Part shown: positions 26,433-30,265 of the stretch, piece after piece
Layout: every line of letters starts with the position of its first letter
Position numbering within the stretch: the stretch's first letter is position 1
Source: Candidatus Undinarchaeota archaeon
Lineage (GTDB): Archaea > SpSt-1190
NCBI GenBank assembly: GCA_964549355.1
Contig: CAZJUS010000008.1
Span: 1-30,265, forward strand
Length of the DNA: 30,265 nt
Direction of reading: 5' to 3'
Program-made: the position numbers and the translations under genes
Notes under the pieces: model-generated
Database searches by the model: none
What the model was told of the DNA's origin: nothing
What the model saw: only the letters and a program-made list of their open reading frames with translations

Positions 26433-27116
26433 TCATTCACCACTGACTGTAATTTCCGGTTCATCTTTTCCGACAATCATTATGTAATCTTTTGGAGCCT
26501 CAAAGCTTGTTTGGCCCCCTTTCAATTTAACCGTTCGATTCACAGACTCAAATTTACCCATTCTGCCGGACTGTCTTCCTTTGAAAACCAAAGCCAGCAT
26601 TTCTTTTTTCATTTCTAAAACTTTTTTGATTTTGGGTTTTCCCCCTTCTCCGAATTCAACAACCAATGAATCTCCATTATTCACATTCTTGATATCGAGA
26701 AAGTTCCGGCCGTCATGGGTTGTAATCTGAATCTTCCCATTCACTAATTGTTTTTTCACCACTCTCAAAATTTTTGTCTTGGCTTCTTTCTCATCAATCT
26801 CAATAATTTTCAGTCCATGCGGAACAGGGACTACACGGTAATTTTTCTTCATTGACGGAATCGAAACCACATCCATCAAGCCGACCGGGAAATTGGTGTC
26901 TTTTCTGGGAACGCCGTCAACCAGTATTTCCTTGTTTTTGATGGCTGCTCTGGCCTCCCTTGCATCCGAGACTATGCCCATCACATCCCTCAGCAGGACG
27001 CTGAGGGGGAAACAGGCTCTTTTGGGGTGCGGACCGGGCCTGGGCCTGAAAATCCAGACTTTATTTTTTCTGCCTGCTTTCCAAAACTTCGGGCTGACAA
27101 CTCTTTTCATGTGCAT
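26433..27116 (-). CDS. rps4e: 30S ribosomal protein S4e
   Basis: HMKR...P..W, PRPGPH, LLRD, VDG..RKD..FPVGLMDV, HDGRN. Confidence 0.97.
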   Translation of the reverse strand: MHMKRVVSPKFWKAGRKNKVWIFRPRPGPHPKRACFPLSVLLRDVMGIVSDAREARAAIKNKEILVDGVPRKDTNFPVGLMDVVSIPSMKKNYRVVPVPHGLKIIEIDEKEAKTKILRVVKKQLVNGKIQITTHDGRNFLDIKNVNNGDSLVVEFGEGGKPKIKKVLEMKKEMLALVFKGRQSGRMGKFESVNRTVKLKGGQTSFEAPKDYIMIVGKDEPEITVSGE

Positions 27117-27434
27117 TCATTTCGCCTCCTCGACTGCCTTCCCGCCTGCCGTAATCCTGGCTTTCCTTTTTTTGTCCTTGAGATTGAGCTCCTTCAGCTC
27201 GAGGTTTGAAAAGTGAATGGGAACCAAAACTTTGCTGCCGTTGGCTTTGGTGGCTTCAACACCTTCAATCTTCACTCTGCCTTTTTTCCTGTCGATTTCA
27301 ACAACTTTTCCGCTCTTGCCTTTGAAAGTCCCCTTCACAAGTTTTACTCTGTCCCCAACACAAACAGGTGCGTTCCTCCTGTTGTATTTTTCTGAAAGAA
27401 CTTTGTCCAAGTGAACATTAAGTTTAAGCTTCAT
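27117..27434 (-). CDS. rpl24: 50S ribosomal protein L24 (uL24), N-terminally shortened
   Basis: KY..RN.PV.VGDRVK..KG.FKG..GKV (KOW), IEGV, PIHFSN. ATGA overlap with the rpl14 stop. Confidence 0.92.
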   Translation of the reverse strand: MKLKLNVHLDKVLSEKYNRRNAPVCVGDRVKLVKGTFKGKSGKVVEIDRKKGRVKIEGVEATKANGSKVLVPIHFSNLELKELNLKDKKRKARITAGGKAVEEAK

Positions 27435-27856
27435 ACAACCACACTCGCTACTTTTCCCAGCCCCGGCCATCTATCAACAGCTTCACGTGCAACCGCCCCC
27501 TTAATTTCACTCCCCCGCGGGTTGCCGTCCTCATCAACCACAACTGCTGCGTTCCTTTCAAAATGAAAAGTGCCGCCGTCCGGCCTTCGGAACTTCTGCC
27601 GGGTCTGGACAATAATAGCCCTGACAACCTTCTTCCTTATGTCCGGCTTGCCTTTCTTCACAGTTGCAACCACCATGTCGCCGATTGCTGCGGACGGGTT
27701 GCCGCCGCGCGAAACATTGTGCCCAAGGACTGAGATTATTTCTATAATCTTCGCGCCCGAGTTGTCAACAACAGGCACCTTCGCCCCTGCAGGCAGCGAA
27801 CGAATGGTCTTCTGGACAGGGGGGTAGCGGGTGACAGCCCTAAGACGTCTTACCAT
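27431..27856 (-). CDS. rpl14: 50S ribosomal protein L14 (uL14)
   Basis: DNSGAK, GDMV.ATVKKG, FRRPDG, NAAV, GSEIKGAVAREA. Confidence 0.97.
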   Translation of the reverse strand: MVRRLRAVTRYPPVQKTIRSLPAGAKVPVVDNSGAKIIEIISVLGHNVSRGGNPSAAIGDMVVATVKKGKPDIRKKVVRAIIVQTRQKFRRPDGGTFHFERNAAVVVDEDGNPRGSEIKGAVAREAVDRWPGLGKVASVVV

Positions 27857-28139
27857 GGTTCAGGACCTCCATTATTACGAATGACTTGGTCTTCGAGAGC
27901 TTCCGGGTCTCAGCAATCAGGACCTTGTCGCCTGCCTTGACTGCCATACAGCCCGGGACATGGACGGACACCCTGCTCTTGGTGCGGTAGGCCCTGTCGT
28001 ATTTCTGGACCTTCCGGATTCTCGGCCACTCCACCACAGCAGTCTTGTCCGCCAAAGCCTTCACCACTACAGCCCGGACAGTCTTCCCTCTGGTCGAAAC
28101 CGTGCCGTGCTGCGGGCAGTTCTTGTCGTTGCAAGCCAT
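27840..28139 (-). CDS. rps17: 30S ribosomal protein S17 (uS17)
   Basis: CNDKNCPQHG..STRG, KY.R, H.P, GDKV.IAETRKLSKTK. Confidence 0.96.
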   Translation of the reverse strand: MACNDKNCPQHGTVSTRGKTVRAVVVKALADKTAVVEWPRIRKVQKYDRAYRTKSRVSVHVPGCMAVKAGDKVLIAETRKLSKTKSFVIMEVLNHGKTS

Positions 28140-28161
28140 ACGACTGGGGGAAATGGAGGGC

Positions 28162-28169
28162 TTTTATAA
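28162..28169 (-). promoter_or_regulatory. Internal TATA box for rps17
   Basis: TTATAAAA 23 nt upstream of ATG 28139; no SD. Confidence 0.55.
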
Positions 28170-28213
28170 GTTTTGCGGGGCCCATGGAGGCCCGGGGGCC
28201 GTCCAGCATCCTG

Positions 28214-28522
28214 CTATTTCTTAAAAAAGAACGCAGGAAATCTCCAGCGCCTTAAGAGCTTCGGAGCTTTTTTTATTCTATCTTCCGGACTTGAAACAAG
28301 GAGCTTACCGACAACTTTTACCTTTTTGCCTTTATATTTGAAAACAAACGTCGATTCGCTTTTTGATACCTTCTTTTCTCCTTTCTCCGTCGCAATCACA
28401 AGCAGATGCTTTGTTTCATCTACGATTTTTCCCTTGATGCCTGCCTTGCCGGGGTCGGTGCACTCGGCCACTTCGGCTTCAAGGCCGATTAAATCATCGG
28501 CGAGGATGTCTTCAGGAGGCAT
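28214..28522 (-). CDS. rnp1: Ribonuclease P protein component 1 (Rpp29/POP4)
   Basis: LIGL.AEV.....P..AGIKGKIVDETK, K....F.F, PEDRIK; synteny before rps17. Confidence 0.92.
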   Translation of the reverse strand: MPPEDILADDLIGLEAEVAECTDPGKAGIKGKIVDETKHLLVIATEKGEKKVSKSESTFVFKYKGKKVKVVGKLLVSSPEDRIKKAPKLLRRWRFPAFFFKK

Positions 28523-28541
28523 GGGAAAAAAAGGCGCTAAG

Positions 28542-28549
28542 ATTTATAA
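28542..28549. promoter_or_regulatory. Bidirectional TATA element (ATTTATAA)
   Basis: 20 nt from ATG 28522 (-) and 21 nt from ATG 28570 (+). Confidence 0.6.
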
Positions 28550-28569
28550 CCGCTATCAATTGGCACTGT

Positions 28570-28839
28570 ATGAATTACAGACAGTCCGGTATGGATTACA
28601 GACGGCTCGACGATTCTGAAGCATCCCTGCTCCGGGAATACCACGCAATCAAAAAGGGCATCAATCTGACGGACATGGAGGCGCTCGAAAAATCAAGAAG
28701 GGATTTGTATAATTTGGCAAGATATGCCGAAAAAACTGAAACAGGAATAGGGCCGCTGGTGTCGGAGATGGCTTTGAAAGAATTCAACAAAATCCACCGG
28801 CGAATCAAAAAAATCAGGCAGCTGGATGCGACTAAATAG
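28570..28839 (+). CDS. Hypothetical small helical protein (89 aa)
   Basis: Fills the gap, has a properly spaced TATA, and overlaps the next gene convergently by 8 nt. Confidence 0.6.
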   Translation: MNYRQSGMDYRRLDDSEASLLREYHAIKKGINLTDMEALEKSRRDLYNLARYAEKTETGIGPLVSEMALKEFNKIHRRIKKIRQLDATK

Positions 28840-29266
28840 GGCGCTCCCAGTCGGCGACCCCGCCTTCAGTGATGTAGAACAGAGGGTGCACTTCCAGATT
28901 GGCAAGCTGTTCCAGCTCTTCCGCCCGCCTCGGCGCCCGCCTCCGCAGTTTTTTCAGCAGATGCTTGAATTCATAGACCACCTGCCCCTTGCTCACCGGA
29001 AGCTTCTGCCTGGTGTATGCATCTCTCCGGATTTTCGAGCTGTCGAATCTGTAGCCTCTCATGACCGCCTCCTCCAGGACTGCAAGGAGGTAGGTGTTGA
29101 TGGCTGCGACCGGTTTTGGGTGCTTCCTGAACCTGTCCAGCTGGGGGTGGTGCTTGTAGCCTTTGGTTTTCTCCGAGAGGACGGCCAGGGCCAGAAGCCC
29201 TTCGCGCCACAGGGCCGTGAGGCCGCGGGCGTCGAGATATTTTGGGTGGAGGCTCCAGAGCCTCAT
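28832..29266 (-). CDS. Pyrimidine-dimer DNA glycosylase / T4 endonuclease V-like (Pyr_excise family)
   Basis: MRLWSLHPKYLD..GL.ALWRE.LLA, GYKHHPQL.RF, RGYRFD.SKI, GQ..YE..HL..KL. Confidence 0.85.
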   Translation of the reverse strand: MRLWSLHPKYLDARGLTALWREGLLALAVLSEKTKGYKHHPQLDRFRKHPKPVAAINTYLLAVLEEAVMRGYRFDSSKIRRDAYTRQKLPVSKGQVVYEFKHLLKKLRRRAPRRAEELEQLANLEVHPLFYITEGGVADWERPI

Positions 29267-29286
29267 GAAACCCATGATGCAGGAAG

Positions 29287-29294
29287 AATAAATA
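29287..29294. promoter_or_regulatory. Bidirectional TATA-like element (AATAAATA)
   Basis: 21 nt from ATG 29266 (-) and 21 nt from GTG 29315 (+). Confidence 0.55.
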
Positions 29295-29314
29295 GTTGCG
29301 CAGTGTAGGTTTGC

Positions 29315-29707
29315 GTGGATTTCGCGGATTTCGGCAGATACACTACGCTGGCGGTGGTGCTGGGGGGCGTGCTCATCGGCCTGTCCATAGCCATGGGAAG
29401 CACCATCCTCCCCATCACAATTGCAACTTTCATCATCGTGCTGATTTTCTATCTGAGGACCAGAGTCACAGAAGTCATGCAGGATGAAATCATCTACAAG
29501 ATGACCCAGAAAGCGGGCAAACTGACAGTGTATATCACCGCCCCCGGGTTTTCAGTTGCCGGGCTGGTCCTCGTATCACTGAAGCGGTGGCTCCCGCCCC
29601 TCCTTGTCACTTCCGGCTATTTTTTGAGCTTCACCGCCATTGTGCTGGCATTCATCTATGTCCTATGCTATATCTACTACAGCAACAAGCATGGAAGCGA
29701 GTGGTAA
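29315..29707 (+). CDS. DUF2178-family membrane protein
   Basis: Four hydrophobic helices with loop RVTEVMQDE....QKA..T and C-terminal Y.YY. Confidence 0.75.
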   Translation: MDFADFGRYTTLAVVLGGVLIGLSIAMGSTILPITIATFIIVLIFYLRTRVTEVMQDEIIYKMTQKAGKLTVYITAPGFSVAGLVLVSLKRWLPPLLVTSGYFLSFTAIVLAFIYVLCYIYYSNKHGSEW

Positions 29708-29732
29708 CAAAATCAGCTGGCAATAAAGCCGT

Positions 29733-30035
29733 TCACTTCACCTCGATGCTGTTCTCCTGGAAGCCGAGGCCCACCAGGACCTCCGCCATCCGCCTGCGGT
29801 GGTCGCCCTGGAGCTCAATCTGGCCGTTCTTGTATGTGCCCCCGCACGCCAGCTTCTTTTTCAAGTCTTTGAGCAGCTTCTTGGCATCAACGGAGCTGTC
29901 AAGGCCGGAAATAACAGTCATATACTTGCCCCACCTGCGCCTCTCCACAAAAACTTTTATTTTTTGGGTGTCCTTGGCAAGACTTTCCCATATTTCCGAC
30001 GGGAGCCCAGAATCTTTCAGCAGATCGTCAGCCAT
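29733..30035 (-). CDS. sui1: Translation initiation factor SUI1/aIF1 (YciH)
   Basis: KIKVFVERRRWGK.MT.ISG, LKKKLACGGT.K...IELQGDHR. Confidence 0.95.
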   Translation of the reverse strand: MADDLLKDSGLPSEIWESLAKDTQKIKVFVERRRWGKYMTVISGLDSSVDAKKLLKDLKKKLACGGTYKNGQIELQGDHRRRMAEVLVGLGFQENSIEVK

Positions 30036-30044
30036 CAAGCATAC

Positions 30045-30265
30045 CTACTTTTTCCCACGCCCAACCGCCTTATTTGTTTTTGCTTTTTCAGCTTTTGCGG
30101 ATTTCGTGGCTTTTTTATATTTTTTAACTTTCTTTTTCGGAGTTTTGGGTTTTTCGGCCTTCAAAGCCTTCTCCTTCAGAAGAGTCTCAATCCTCGCAAT
30201 GAGCCTGCGGGTGTTCCTGACCTGGCTGGGCTTCTCCAAAGTCTTGAGGGCTTTCTTGGCCTCCA
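30045..30265 (-). CDS. rpl29: 50S ribosomal protein L29 (uL29), partial, with Lys-rich tail
   Basis: LEKPSQVRNTRRLIARIETLL; position upstream of sui1; start lies beyond the window. Confidence 0.88.
   Translation of the reverse strand, partial: EAKKALKTLEKPSQVRNTRRLIARIETLLKEKALKAEKPKTPKKKVKKYKKATKSAKAEKAKTNKAVGRGKK

Noticed and set aside
28170..28213. GC-rich spacer as a tRNA or small RNA
   Set aside because: Too short; only a 5-bp stem; no T-loop or C/D boxes
20435..29732. Inserted islets as mobile elements
   Set aside because: No transposase or integrase, terminal repeats, att sites or target-site duplications seen

Overview
Gene-dense chromosomal window from an archaeon, probably DPANN. 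The uS5 insertion GQAKGKFGGGQRR recalls Woesearchaeota/Nanobdellota; this is from memory, not a search. Left two-thirds: a partial AT-rich orphan ORF, rnhB, a membrane-anchored degenerate DUF151/BFN nuclease-like gene, pyruvate kinase with a degenerate swivel domain, tmcA/Nat10, glyS, rpoK, PmbA-like, a calcineurin-like phosphoesterase, Trm5, a HAD hydrolase, YhbY, M17 leucyl aminopeptidase, wecB, XPD helicase, a HAD remnant and TldD. Right third (minus strand): the S10/spc ribosomal cluster from rpl29 to secY, DUF106, rpl34e and rpl14e. It lacks adk and cmk and is interrupted twice: (i) a Cys-nucleophile alpha/beta hydrolase plus a 237-aa orphan with a PCNA-like C-terminus, and (ii) an 89-aa orphan, a pyrimidine-dimer glycosylase and DUF2178. 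Five divergent gene pairs share one centred TATA element with start codons 47-51 nt apart, which suggests bidirectional leaderless promoters. No rRNA, tRNA, CRISPR array or mobile element was recognised. All family calls are by-eye motif recognition; no database searches were run.
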